Assembly (NCBI GenBank): GCA_902518185.1
Contig: CABYFG010000004.1
Location: 30,198 to 94,197, forward strand
Direction: 5' to 3'
Length of the DNA: 64,000 nt
Source: an uncultured Pelagibacteraceae bacterium
Lineage (GTDB): Bacteria; Pseudomonadota; Alphaproteobacteria; Pelagibacterales; Pelagibacteraceae
How positions within the stretch are numbered: position 1 is the first letter of the stretch; every line of letters starts with the position of its first letter. The notes beneath the pieces are model-generated. The model did no database searches. It was not told the DNA's origin and was given only the letters and a program-made list of their open reading frames with translations. The position numbers and the translations under genes were made by a program. Below are positions 29,839-40,009 of this stretch, in pieces.

Positions 29839-30351
29839 TTATATTTGTTTAATAGAAGTAATATCAGATTTTGATAGTGATAATAAAAGATTTTTAATGT
29901 GACTTTTTAATAATGGATGTTTCCAATCTTTATTTAATTCAAATAATGGAAACAGAACAAAATTTCTTCTATGCATTCTTGGATGAGGTAAAACAACTTG
30001 ATTTATCATTATTTGATTTTTATAATCAATAATATCGATATCACAGATTCTAGGAGCATTTCTAGCAGCTTTCCTTTTGCCAAAATTTCTCTCTAGATCC
30101 TTAAAAATTTGAAGCAAAGTAATAGGATTATGACCAGTTCGTATCTTTAAAACGATATTCAAAAATTTGGGGTAATTTTTATTTGGCCAAGATGGACTCT
30201 CATAATATGATGAAGATGCTAAAATTTTTATTCCTTTTTGAGATATCATAAATTTTGCCCTTTCAATGTTTCTTTTTTTGCATCCCAAATTTGAACCAAT
30301 ACCTATATAAATCCCTTTAACTAGATTTTCTAATATATCTTGCTTTTTCAC
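29839..30351 (-). CDS. folK: 2-amino-4-hydroxy-6-hydroxymethyldihydropteridine diphosphokinase
   Basis: [35 protein letters not shown]; start re-called at GTG 30351, overlapping smpB by 35 nt. Confidence 0.92.
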   Translation of the reverse strand: MKKQDILENLVKGIYIGIGSNLGCKKRNIERAKFMISQKGIKILASSSYYESPSWPNKNYPKFLNIVLKIRTGHNPITLLQIFKDLERNFGKRKAARNAPRICDIDIIDYKNQIMINQVVLPHPRMHRRNFVLFPLFELNKDWKHPLLKSHIKNLLLSLSKSDITSIKQI

Positions 30352-30787
30352 GATTCCAGTCCCTTGTTTTTTTTGCGACTCTTTTATCAAATCTTTTTTT
30401 TCCCTTCGCAACGGCGAGCTCTATTTTTGCTATACCTTTTTTAAAATACATTCTAGTTGGAACTATTGTTAAGCCTTCTTTTTGTATTTTACCGATTAGC
30501 TTACTGATTTCACGTTTATTTAGAAGAAGTTTTCTTTCATCTAGAGGTTTATGATTTGAAAAACTTGCCTGTTTATAAGCCGGTATATGAGAGTTGATTA
30601 AAATTAATTCACCATCTTTCTCAACCGCATAAGCATCAGCAATGTTTATTTTTCCATCACGAATAGATTTAATTTCAGAGCCTTTAAGAACTATTCCAGC
30701 CTCGAGTAAATCTTCGATAAAATAATTAAAACTAGCCTTTCTATTTAAACAGATTATTTTAAAACCAGTATTGGTTTTATTTTTCAT
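30317..30787 (-). CDS. smpB: SsrA-binding protein
   Basis: [36 protein letters not shown]. Confidence 0.97.
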   Translation of the reverse strand: MKNKTNTGFKIICLNRKASFNYFIEDLLEAGIVLKGSEIKSIRDGKINIADAYAVEKDGELILINSHIPAYKQASFSNHKPLDERKLLLNKREISKLIGKIQKEGLTIVPTRMYFKKGIAKIELAVAKGKKRFDKRVAKKTRDWNREKARYIRKSS

Positions 30788-31668
30788 TAAATTAAATTTG
30801 CCAATTTTAAAGCATCCTCAACAATTTTTTTATTTGGCTCAGTTATATTTACCAAAGGTAGTCTCACCTGATCCTCACAAAGATTTAATAATTTAGCAGC
30901 ATATTTAACCGGACTTGGATTGCTTTCAACAAACATCGAGTGATGAACTGGTTGTAAAATTTTATCTAACTCTATAGCTTTTGTTTGAGATGTCTTATCA
31001 TTCAAAACTGAAAATTTTTGAAATTCTGAACATAATTTAGGAGCAATATTTGCAGTCACACTTATAGCTCCTACTCCTCCTCTGATATTAAATTCAAGGG
31101 CGTTATCATCATTTCCAGTTAATTGAATAAACTCATTTCCTAATTTTTCTTTTGTTTTATCAACTCTATCTAGTTGGCCAGTTGCGTCTTTAACTCCAAT
31201 AATATTTTTTAATTCAAACAATCTTGCCATAGTGTCAACTGACATATCTATAACTGACCTGCTTGGAATATTGTAAATAATGATTGGAAGACCAGAATTA
31301 TCATTGATTGATCTATAATGTTGATAAAGACCTTCTTGAGTTGGTTTATTATAATAAGGAGTGACAACAAGAGCAGCGTCAGCGCCAATTTTTTCAGCAT
31401 GTTTTGTTAGAGAAATTGCCTCTTTTGTTGAATTAGAACCTGTTCCTGCAATTACCGGGATCTTGCCATTACTCTCTTTAACGCATAATTCTATCACTTT
31501 TTCATGCTCATGGTGATTCAACGTGGGTGACTCGCCGGTTGTTCCCGCGGGAACTAACCCATTAGTCCCATTTTTTATGTGAAAGTGAATAAGTTTTATG
31601 TAAGCTTCATCATCAAACTTGTCATTTTTAAAAGGGGTAATTAACGCAACATTTGAACCTTTAAACAT
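30787..31668 (-). CDS. dapA: 4-hydroxy-tetrahydrodipicolinate synthase
   Basis: [37 protein letters not shown]. Confidence 0.97.
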   Translation of the reverse strand: MFKGSNVALITPFKNDKFDDEAYIKLIHFHIKNGTNGLVPAGTTGESPTLNHHEHEKVIELCVKESNGKIPVIAGTGSNSTKEAISLTKHAEKIGADAALVVTPYYNKPTQEGLYQHYRSINDNSGLPIIIYNIPSRSVIDMSVDTMARLFELKNIIGVKDATGQLDRVDKTKEKLGNEFIQLTGNDDNALEFNIRGGVGAISVTANIAPKLCSEFQKFSVLNDKTSQTKAIELDKILQPVHHSMFVESNPSPVKYAAKLLNLCEDQVRLPLVNITEPNKKIVEDALKLANLI

Positions 31669-31710
31669 AAATACTTATAACATAGATTGTTGAATCATAT
31701 AGTAAAGATT

Positions 31711-33915
31711 ATGTCAAAAAAAATCTTATTTTTAACAGTATTGTTTGCCTTTTTTAGAATAAGCTTTGTTTATTCTCTAGAAATAATTCCTTTGAAAAAA
31801 CCTTTACAATCAAACGACGATAAAGAAAAGAAATTATTAATTGAAACTACTAGACCATTACCAAAACCATTAAAGGAAAATGTAAAGGAAAAAATACAAG
31901 AAAAAAAACCTAAAAAAGCAAAAAAGATTGAATTTATTTTACCGAAGAAAAAACCATTGATACCAGGTAAAAAAAAGACAACACAAATAAAAATATCAAA
32001 ATATTACAATAAAAAAGATTTTAGCTTAGCAAAAAAAGCTTTTTCTGAAATGAAAAAGGCAAATTGGACTAATGCTGTGAAAACTTCAAAAAAAGCAAAA
32101 GATAAATCAATATATAATTTTATACAATGGAGACATTTGTTAACAAAAGGTAATCAAGCAACTTTTTATGATTATCAAACTTTCATTAAAAACAATGAAA
32201 ATTATCCAAGAATCGGAAGAATTAAATACTTAGCAGAGCACAAATTATCAACAAAAACAGTATCACCAAAAAGAATAATAGAATGGTTTGGAGCGTCGGA
32301 ACCGCTTAGTGGTTTTGGGAAAATGATTTTAGGAGAAAGTCATATATCAATGGGCAACAAAGAGAAAGGGATAAAACTATTAAAAGAAGGATGGATTAAT
32401 GCTGAACTATCTAAATCAGAATTGAGATTTTATAGAAAAAAATTTAAAAAATTTTTAGACACAAAAGATTATATATATCGAGCTGATTATCTAGCTTGGA
32501 ATAATAAATATTGGGATCTTAAAAGAATGTTAAGATACCTCCCAAAAGATCATCAACTTTTATATACTGCAAGACAATTGCTAATGAGTAAGTCTTATGG
32601 TGTTGATAACGCTATATCAAAAGTGCCGGAAAAATTTAAAAATGATGCAGGTTTAAATTATGACAGATTAAAATGGAGAAGAAAAAGAGGAAGAGTCGAT
32701 AGTTCAGTTGAAATTTTACTAAAAATAGAAAATACAAAAGATTATATGGTAAGGCCAGATAAATGGTGGTTTGAAAGAGAAATTATTTCTAGATCTTTAA
32801 TTTATAAAAAGAAATTTGAACTGGCTTATAAAATTTCAAGTAATCATGGACTTACAGAAGGGCCTGAGTATGCCGCTGCTGAATGGATGAGTGGTTGGAT
32901 AGCATTAAGTTTTTTGAAAGACCCCCTGTTAGCAAAAGACCATTTTGAAAAATTTTACAATAATGTAGGCTATCCTATTAGTGTTGCAAGAGGTGCTTAC
33001 TGGTTAGGAAAATCTTATAAAGAATTAGGAAACAATGAACTATCAAAAAAATGGTTTGGGGAGTCTTCAAAATATCTAACAACTTACTATGGTCAATTGT
33101 CTTTTATAGAACTTCATCCAGAGAAAAAATTTGAATTATCAAAAGACTTTAGTGTTGATAAAGAATATCGAAATTATTTTTTTAAAAAGGAAATTGTTAA
33201 ACTAATTTATCTTTTGGATGAATTAGATGAAGACAAATACACTAAACATATTTTAAGACACTTAGCTAATGATAATATTTTAAATGGAAGTGAAATTTTA
33301 GCTGCAGAATTAGCGACAAAAATTGAAAGATTTGATTTTGCAATTCAAATTTCTAAAATTGCCTCTTATGAAAAAAGATTTCATAATAAATATAACTACC
33401 CAATTATAAGTACTCCCACATACATAAATGGAAGAAAAATTCCTGAAACAGCATTTATTCTATCTATCATAAGACAAGAGAGTGAGTTTGATTTAAAAGC
33501 AAACAGTCATGCTGGTGCAAGGGGATTAATGCAGCTAATGCCTTACACTGCAAAACTAGTAGCAAAACAAGCGAAGTTGCCATACTCAATATCAAGACTA
33601 ACCACTGACCCAGAATATAATATTAATTTAGGCTCACATTATATTGCTGGACTCATTTTAGAATATGATGGAGCTTATCCTTTTGCGATTGCTGCTTATA
33701 ATGCTGGCCCAAAAAGAGTAAGGTATTGGAAAAAGATAAACAAGAATCCTCAAAAAAATCAAATTAATTACGTAGATTGGATTGAATTAATCAAATTTAA
33801 AGAAACTAGAAATTATGTGCAGAGAGTTTTAGAAAATTATAATGTATACAGGTACATTTTGGAACAGAGGCCAATTCGAATGAAAAATTTTTTTAAAGAT
33901 AATCCACTCTTTTAA
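31711..33915 (+). CDS. slt: Soluble lytic transglycosylase (Slt70-like)
   Basis: Signal peptide from ATG 31711; SLT motifs IIRQESEF, GARGLMQLMP, AAYNAGP, ETRNYVQRV. Confidence 0.93.
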   Translation: MSKKILFLTVLFAFFRISFVYSLEIIPLKKPLQSNDDKEKKLLIETTRPLPKPLKENVKEKIQEKKPKKAKKIEFILPKKKPLIPGKKKTTQIKISKYYNKKDFSLAKKAFSEMKKANWTNAVKTSKKAKDKSIYNFIQWRHLLTKGNQATFYDYQTFIKNNENYPRIGRIKYLAEHKLSTKTVSPKRIIEWFGASEPLSGFGKMILGESHISMGNKEKGIKLLKEGWINAELSKSELRFYRKKFKKFLDTKDYIYRADYLAWNNKYWDLKRMLRYLPKDHQLLYTARQLLMSKSYGVDNAISKVPEKFKNDAGLNYDRLKWRRKRGRVDSSVEILLKIENTKDYMVRPDKWWFEREIISRSLIYKKKFELAYKISSNHGLTEGPEYAAAEWMSGWIALSFLKDPLLAKDHFEKFYNNVGYPISVARGAYWLGKSYKELGNNELSKKWFGESSKYLTTYYGQLSFIELHPEKKFELSKDFSVDKEYRNYFFKKEIVKLIYLLDELDEDKYTKHILRHLANDNILNGSEILAAELATKIERFDFAIQISKIASYEKRFHNKYNYPIISTPTYINGRKIPETAFILSIIRQESEFDLKANSHAGARGLMQLMPYTAKLVAKQAKLPYSISRLTTDPEYNINLGSHYIAGLILEYDGAYPFAIAAYNAGPKRVRYWKKINKNPQKNQINYVDWIELIKFKETRNYVQRVLENYNVYRYILEQRPIRMKNFFKDNPLF

Positions 33916-33918
33916 TTA

Positions 33919-34010
33919 TGGCGGAAGAGGAGGGATTCGAACCCTCGGTACAAGTTTCCTCGCACGGTCATTTAGCAAACGACTGGTTTAAGCCTCTCAC
34001 CCACTCTTCC
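33919..34010 (-). tRNA. tRNA-Ser(GCT), long variable arm, encoded CCA
   Basis: GGAAGAGTGGGTGAGAGGCTTAAACCAGTCGTTT-GCT-AAATGAC...GGTTCGAATCCCTCCTCTTCCGCCA; acceptor stem pairs; T-loop GTTCGAA. Confidence 0.97.
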
Positions 34011-34033
34011 AGGAAATTTGTCACTTTTGATTG

Positions 34034-34071
34034 TATTGAATAATCAATATTTATAAAGTAATTATTCAATA
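34034..34071. promoter_or_regulatory. 11-bp perfect inverted repeat (TATTGAATAAT-N16-ATTATTCAATA) in the divergent tRNA-Ser/soxB spacer
   Basis: Arms at 34034-34044 and 34061-34071; overlaps a candidate TTGAAT-N17-TAATTA promoter for soxB. Confidence 0.5.
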
Positions 34072-34074
34072 ATT

Positions 34075-35328
34075 ATGAAAAATAAGTACTCAATATTTTC
34101 ACTTATTAAAAATGCTTTTTCTTATCATGAAAATTGGGAAAAAGCTTGGAAAGATCCTGAGCCTAAAAAAGAATATGACGCGATAATAGTTGGTGGCGGA
34201 GGACATGGTCTTGCAACTGCTTATTATCTAGCAAAAAAACATAACATGAAGAACATTGCTGTTGTTGAAAAAGGTTGGATAGGAGGAGGAAATACCGGTC
34301 GAAATACTACAATAATTAGATCTAATTATTTATGGGATGCAAGTGCAGGTCTATATGACCACGCTCTTAAAATTTGGGAAGGCTTATCTCAAGAATTAAA
34401 TTATAATGTTATGTTTAGTCAAAGAGGAGTTATGAATCTTGCACATAATTTGCAAGATGTTAGAGATTTAAAAAGAAGAACTCACGCAAATAGATTGAAT
34501 GGTATTGATGCAGTCTATTTAAATACCCAAGAAGTTAAAAAATTTTGTCCAATTATAAATACTTCACAGGATATTCGTTATCCAGTTTTAGGCGGAACCC
34601 TTCAAAGAAGAGCCGGTACAGCTAGGCATGATGCTGTTGCTTGGGGTTATGCAAGAAGTGCTGATGAAATGGGTGTTGATATAATTCAAAATTGTGAAGT
34701 TAAAGGAATTAAAAGAAATGGTGATACGGTTGAAGGAATTGAAACAACTAAAGGTTTTATCAAAACAAAAAAAATTGGAGTTGTAGCAGCTGGTCACTCA
34801 AGTGTAATAGCGAATATGGCTGGATTGAAATTACCTTTGGAAAGTAAACCACTTCAAGCTTTAGTGTCTGAACCAGTAAAACCGATAATAGATACAGTTG
34901 TAATGTCTAACGCTGTTCATGCATATGTTAGCCAATCTGATAAAGGAGAATTGGTTATTGGAGCAGGAACTGATGATTATGTATCTTACTCTCAAAAAGG
35001 AAGTCATGATATTGTGGAAGGAACTTTAAATGCAATTTTAGAACTGTATCCAATATTTAGCAGAATGAGAATGCTTCGTCAGTGGGGTGGAATAGTTGAT
35101 ATATGTCCTGATGCAAGTCCAATCATCAGTAAAACGTCAATTAAGGGTTTGTACTTTAATTGTGGTTGGGGAACTGGAGGTTTTAAAGCTACACCTGGCT
35201 CGGGGGATTTATTTGCTCACACAATTGCAAATGACGAACCTCATAAATTAAATGCTGCGTTTAATATAAATAGATTTGTAAGTGGTGATCTAGTTGATGA
35301 ACATGGTGCAGCCGCTGTTGCACACTAA
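34075..35328 (+). CDS. soxB: Heterotetrameric sarcosine oxidase beta subunit
   Basis: [52 protein letters not shown]. Confidence 0.95.
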   Translation: MKNKYSIFSLIKNAFSYHENWEKAWKDPEPKKEYDAIIVGGGGHGLATAYYLAKKHNMKNIAVVEKGWIGGGNTGRNTTIIRSNYLWDASAGLYDHALKIWEGLSQELNYNVMFSQRGVMNLAHNLQDVRDLKRRTHANRLNGIDAVYLNTQEVKKFCPIINTSQDIRYPVLGGTLQRRAGTARHDAVAWGYARSADEMGVDIIQNCEVKGIKRNGDTVEGIETTKGFIKTKKIGVVAAGHSSVIANMAGLKLPLESKPLQALVSEPVKPIIDTVVMSNAVHAYVSQSDKGELVIGAGTDDYVSYSQKGSHDIVEGTLNAILELYPIFSRMRMLRQWGGIVDICPDASPIISKTSIKGLYFNCGWGTGGFKATPGSGDLFAHTIANDEPHKLNAAFNINRFVSGDLVDEHGAAAVAH

Positions 35329-35603
35329 TGTTTTTAATTAATTGTCCTTTTTGCGGTGAGAGAGAACAAAGCGAATTTAAAGCTGGTGGTGAAGCACATA
35401 TTGTAAGGCCGAAACAACCTACAGAATTAAGTGATGATGAATGGGCAGAATATTTGTTTATGAGAAAAAATATAAAAGGAATTCAGTTTGAAAGATGGAA
35501 TCATTTTCATGGTTGTAGAAAATGGTTCAATATGGTTAGGGATACGTCAAACGACCAAATAAAAGCAGTATACAAGATGGGTGAAAAACCACCAGTAAAG
35601 TAA
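35328..35603 (+). CDS. soxD: Sarcosine oxidase delta subunit
   Basis: CPFCGER..EF, WNHFHGCRKWFN..RDT. Confidence 0.95.
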   Translation: MFLINCPFCGEREQSEFKAGGEAHIVRPKQPTELSDDEWAEYLFMRKNIKGIQFERWNHFHGCRKWFNMVRDTSNDQIKAVYKMGEKPPVK

Positions 35604-35604
35604 A

Positions 35605-38600
35605 ATGACTAATAATTTGAGATTTAAAACAAGCAAATTTATTGACGAAACTTATCGGGTTTCTTTTAAATTTAATAACAAAACATATTTTGGTTTTAAA
35701 GGTGATACTCTAGCATCAGCTTTATTGGCTAATGGCGTTCATCTTGTTGGACGAAGTTTCAAATATCATAGACCTCGAGGAATTATGACATCAGGTTCTG
35801 AAGAACCAAATGCAATTATTCAATTGCATGATAATTCCTCAAGAACTGAACCTAATGTAAGAGCTACAGAGGTTGAAATTTATGAAGGTTTAGTTGCATC
35901 TAGTCAAAATTGTTGGCCTAGCGTTAATTTTGATATTGGAGGAATTAATAATCTATTATCCCCTATCTTGCCCGCAGGTTTTTATTATAAAACTTTTATG
36001 TGGCCACCAAGTTTCTGGAAAAAGTATGAATACTTTATTAGAAAATCTGCAGGTTTAGGTAAATCACCTAAAGTCGCTGATCCAGACATATATGAACATA
36101 ATTATATTCATTGTGATGTTTTAGTTATCGGAGCAGGTATATCAGGAATAATGGCAGCTAAGATGTCAGCTAAAAATGGTTATAAGACACTTTTAGTTGA
36201 TGAAAAATCTTATTTGGGTGGATCCTCTATTTATGATAACTCAGAATTTTCAAAGATTAATAATCAAACTACAAGTTCATGGTTAGAGAAAGAAATCAAC
36301 GAAATTTCTAAATTAGAAAATTTAGAAATAAAAACAAGAACTAGTGTTGCAGCATTTCATGGATACAATTTTTTATTGGCTCGTGAAAATCTCACTGATC
36401 ATTTACCAATTAATCAAAGAGAAAAAAAAGTAAGACAAAGATTATTAAAAATTAGAGCTAAAAAAGTAATCACAGCTACTGGCTCTATAGAAAGACCTTT
36501 AATATTTGATAATAATGATCGTCCAGGGATACTATTATCTTCAGCAATTAAGAAATATATCGATTTATATGGTGTCGCTTGTGGCGAAAATAATGTTCTT
36601 TTTACCAATAACGATAGCGCATACGAAACTGCCATGAGTTTAATTCAAAGAGGAATTAAGATTAATGCAATAATTGATAATAGAGAGCAGATTGACTCTA
36701 AAATTTCTTACGAAGTAGAGAAAAATAATATTAAAATTTATAAAGGTTATACTGTTGTTGATACCTACGGATATAGAAGAATAAATAAAATATCCATTAT
36801 GAAACTTTCAAAAGATGGTCAAACAGTAATTGGTGACAAAACTAAATTAAATTGTGATTGTTTGGGTGTGTCTGGTGGCTGGACCCCAGCAGTACATTTG
36901 TTTACACAATCGGGAGGTAAATTAAAATTTAGAGAAGAAGATCAAGTCTTTATTCCTGATTTTTATCCCTCAGATCAAATCAGTATTGGATCTTGTAATG
37001 GAGACTTTAGCTTGGAAGAAATAGTAAAGAATACTTTATATTCTATTAAAAAATTTCTCAATGTTGAAAATTCAGAATACAAAACTATTGAAATTATTTC
37101 AGGTTTAAATCTATCAAAAAGAAATATTTGGTTATTACCATCTGACAAATCCATTGGAAAAACTAAATCTTTTGTTGATTATCAAAATGATTCAACCTCA
37201 AAAGATATTAAATTAGCTCTGAGAGAAGGATTTAGATCTATAGAACATGTAAAAAGATACACCACTACTGGAATGGGAACTGATCAAGGTAAACTTGGTA
37301 ATATGCATGCTTTAGGAATAATCTCAGAGACAGCTGGGACTAAAATGGGCGAACATGGAACCACAACATTTAGACCTCCTTATACGCCTCTTACTTTTGG
37401 AACTATTGTTGGAAGAAATGTTGGAGAATTTTTTGATATTTTTAGACGTACTCCAATACATGATTGGCATGTTGCTAATAATGCTAAGTTTGAAAATGTT
37501 GGTCAATGGAAAAGAGCTTGGTACTATCCGAAGAATAATGAAAATATGCATCAAGCAGTGCAAAGAGAAAGCAAAGCAGCCAGAGACTCAGCAGGTATTC
37601 TAGATGCATCTACATTAGGAAAAATTGACATTCAGGGAACTGATGCCTCAGAATTTTTAAATCGTGTTTATACTAATGCTTGGTCAAAACTTGCAGTGGG
37701 TAAATGTCGTTATGGTTTAATGCTAAATGAAGATGGAATGGTTTATGATGATGGAGTAACTACTAGACTGGGTGAAAATCATTATATCATGACCACTACT
37801 ACTGGCGGTGCGGCTAACGTTTTAGGAAAACTTGAAGATTATCTTCAAACAGAATGGCCTGAGTTAAATGTTTATCTATCTTCTGTAACTGATCATTATG
37901 CTACCATAAGTGTTTGCGGTCCTAATAGTAAAAAAATTGTCTCAAAAGTTATTACTGATTTAGATCTTTCTGATGAAAAGTTTCCACATATGTCATTTAA
38001 AAATGCAAAAATAGACAACATTAAATGTAGAGTAATGAGGATTAGTTTTACTGGAGAACATAGTTATGAAATTAATATTCAAGCAAACTATGGTAAATCT
38101 GTTTGGGAAAAATGTATGGAAGCAGGTAAAGATTTTAATATTACTCCCTATGGAACCGAAACGATGCACTTATTAAGAGCAGAAAAAGGTTTTATAATTG
38201 TTGGACAAGATACTGATGCAACCATGACACCAATTGATTTACAAATGGATTGGATAGTTAGTAAAAAGAAATACGATTTTATTGGAAAAAGATCATTATA
38301 TAGATCAGATACAATTAGGGAGGATAGAAAACAATTGGTTGGTTTATTGACAGAAAATCCTGAGGAAGTTTTGGAAGAAGGTGCACAGATAGTTGCTGAT
38401 ATAAAAAAATCACCTATTGAAATGCTTGGCCATGTAACCTCAAGTTATTACAGCCCAAACTTAAAAAAATCTATTGCATTAGGTGTAGTTAAAGGTGGAA
38501 AGAATATGTTTGGACAAAAATTAATTATACCAATGGAGAATAAAAATATTAATGTGACTGTAGCTGATCCAGTTTTTTTAGATAAAGAAGGTGAAAGATT

Positions 38601-38616
38601 AAATGCTAAATTATAA
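35605..38616 (+). CDS. soxA: Sarcosine oxidase alpha subunit
   Basis: GDTLASALLANG, RSFKYHRPRG, KRYTTTGMGTDQGK, GcvT-like C-terminus (DASTLGKI, RISFTGE). Confidence 0.95.
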   Translation: MTNNLRFKTSKFIDETYRVSFKFNNKTYFGFKGDTLASALLANGVHLVGRSFKYHRPRGIMTSGSEEPNAIIQLHDNSSRTEPNVRATEVEIYEGLVASSQNCWPSVNFDIGGINNLLSPILPAGFYYKTFMWPPSFWKKYEYFIRKSAGLGKSPKVADPDIYEHNYIHCDVLVIGAGISGIMAAKMSAKNGYKTLLVDEKSYLGGSSIYDNSEFSKINNQTTSSWLEKEINEISKLENLEIKTRTSVAAFHGYNFLLARENLTDHLPINQREKKVRQRLLKIRAKKVITATGSIERPLIFDNNDRPGILLSSAIKKYIDLYGVACGENNVLFTNNDSAYETAMSLIQRGIKINAIIDNREQIDSKISYEVEKNNIKIYKGYTVVDTYGYRRINKISIMKLSKDGQTVIGDKTKLNCDCLGVSGGWTPAVHLFTQSGGKLKFREEDQVFIPDFYPSDQISIGSCNGDFSLEEIVKNTLYSIKKFLNVENSEYKTIEIISGLNLSKRNIWLLPSDKSIGKTKSFVDYQNDSTSKDIKLALREGFRSIEHVKRYTTTGMGTDQGKLGNMHALGIISETAGTKMGEHGTTTFRPPYTPLTFGTIVGRNVGEFFDIFRRTPIHDWHVANNAKFENVGQWKRAWYYPKNNENMHQAVQRESKAARDSAGILDASTLGKIDIQGTDASEFLNRVYTNAWSKLAVGKCRYGLMLNEDGMVYDDGVTTRLGENHYIMTTTTGGAANVLGKLEDYLQTEWPELNVYLSSVTDHYATISVCGPNSKKIVSKVITDLDLSDEKFPHMSFKNAKIDNIKCRVMRISFTGEHSYEINIQANYGKSVWEKCMEAGKDFNITPYGTETMHLLRAEKGFIIVGQDTDATMTPIDLQMDWIVSKKKYDFIGKRSLYRSDTIREDRKQLVGLLTENPEEVLEEGAQIVADIKKSPIEMLGHVTSSYYSPNLKKSIALGVVKGGKNMFGQKLIIPMENKNINVTVADPVFLDKEGERLNAKL

Positions 38617-39166
38617 TCATACAATTAAAGAGGAAAAATCATATCAAGGTCTACAAATGACCGAGGTTAAACCTGTCATGAAATTGATAGTAAGAGGTAA
38701 AAAAAGAGAATTTTTATCAGCTATTGGTAAATCTTTAAATATAGTTTTGCCTACAAAAGCAAATACCTCTACTCAAAGTGAAAAATTGACTGCTCTATGG
38801 TTGAGTCCTGATGAATGGATGATTTTTTCAAATGGTGTTGTTAAAGAAAATACAAACTCTTATGAAACTGAAACACTTTTAAATAAAAACATATCTAAAT
38901 TAAATTTAGGAGCTGTGGTAGATGTAACAGATCAATTTGTTAGGATTAATCTCAAAGGGGATAAGATTTATGATTTGTTTCAAACAGGATCTCCTTTTAA
39001 TTTTAATGATTTTAAGGTTAAAATCGGCTCAGTGACCCAAACAATTCTCGCAAAAATAGATGTAATCATTCATAATCAAAATAAAAATGAAGTGAATTTG
39101 TTTGTAAGACGCTCATTTTCTGAGCATTTATTCGCATGGATGAATGATAGTGCGTCAAGATTATAG
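38603..39166 (+). CDS. soxG: Sarcosine oxidase gamma subunit
   Basis: LWLSPDEW, VVDVTDQF, LFVRRSFSEHLFAW. Confidence 0.92.
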   Translation: MLNYNHTIKEEKSYQGLQMTEVKPVMKLIVRGKKREFLSAIGKSLNIVLPTKANTSTQSEKLTALWLSPDEWMIFSNGVVKENTNSYETETLLNKNISKLNLGAVVDVTDQFVRINLKGDKIYDLFQTGSPFNFNDFKVKIGSVTQTILAKIDVIIHNQNKNEVNLFVRRSFSEHLFAWMNDSASRL

Positions 39167-39201
39167 TCACATTTAGATCTTAAATAAGTTAAATAAAAAA
39201 T

Positions 39202-39969
39202 ATGAAAAAATTATTTTTAGTAGCATTATTTGCTCTTTTACCCTTTTCTCTTAACGCAGAGTCTAATTTAGATAAAATTTTATCTTCTGGAGTACTTAAA
39301 GTTGGTACTACTGGAGATTGGGATCCTATGACAGTCAAAGATCCTGCAACCAACAAATATCAAGGTTTCGATATCGATGTAATGAATCAATTAGCTAAAG
39401 ATATGGGTGTAAAAATTGAGTTTGTACCTGCAGAATGGAAAACAATTGTTTCAGGAATAACATCTGCAAGATATGATATCTCAACTAGTGTTACAAAAAC
39501 GCCGAAGAGAGCTGAAGTAGCTGGTTTTACCGATACTTATTACAAATATGCTACAGTGCCACTTGTTCTCAAAAAAAACTTAAAAAAATTTCCAACTTGG
39601 GACTCGCTTAATAATTCAAATGTAACAATCGCAACTACTCTTGGTACTTCTCAAGAGGAAAAGGCAAAAGAATTTTTCCCAAAATCAAAATTAAACTCAA
39701 TTGAAGCACCAGCAAGAGATTTCCAAGAAGTCTTGGCAGGTAGAGCTGATGGTAATATTACAAGTTCAACAGAGGCAAATAAACTGGTCATTAAATATCC
39801 TCAGTTAGCAATCGTCCCAGATGGTGGAAAAAATCCAGCATTTTTAGCAATGATGGTACCAAAAGGTGATACTAAGTGGAATGATTATGTCAATAAATGG
39901 ATTAAAGACAAAAAATCTTCAGGCTTCTTCACTAAGTTATTAGCTAAATATAATCTAAAGAGCTTATAA
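39202..39969 (+). CDS. Amino-acid ABC substrate-binding protein (family 3), cyclohexadienyl-dehydratase-like
   Basis: Signal peptide; [26 protein letters not shown]. Confidence 0.88.
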   Translation: MKKLFLVALFALLPFSLNAESNLDKILSSGVLKVGTTGDWDPMTVKDPATNKYQGFDIDVMNQLAKDMGVKIEFVPAEWKTIVSGITSARYDISTSVTKTPKRAEVAGFTDTYYKYATVPLVLKKNLKKFPTWDSLNNSNVTIATTLGTSQEEKAKEFFPKSKLNSIEAPARDFQEVLAGRADGNITSSTEANKLVIKYPQLAIVPDGGKNPAFLAMMVPKGDTKWNDYVNKWIKDKKSSGFFTKLLAKYNLKSL

Positions 39970-40009
39970 AAAATTAGTAATTAATTTTTTATTCTTTATA
40001 AGTTAAGGA

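Noticed and set aside
28118-30411. Long 5' extensions of pyrE (to 28177) and folK (to 30411) implying large dual-coding overlaps
   Set aside because: Internal ATG 28117 and GTG 30351 give normal domain starts; the remaining 35-44 nt overlaps are ordinary in compact genomes
39968-39990. AAAAAATTA-N5-TAATTTTTT inverted repeat after the binding-protein gene as a terminator
   Set aside because: All-AT stem is too weak to call; may be chance
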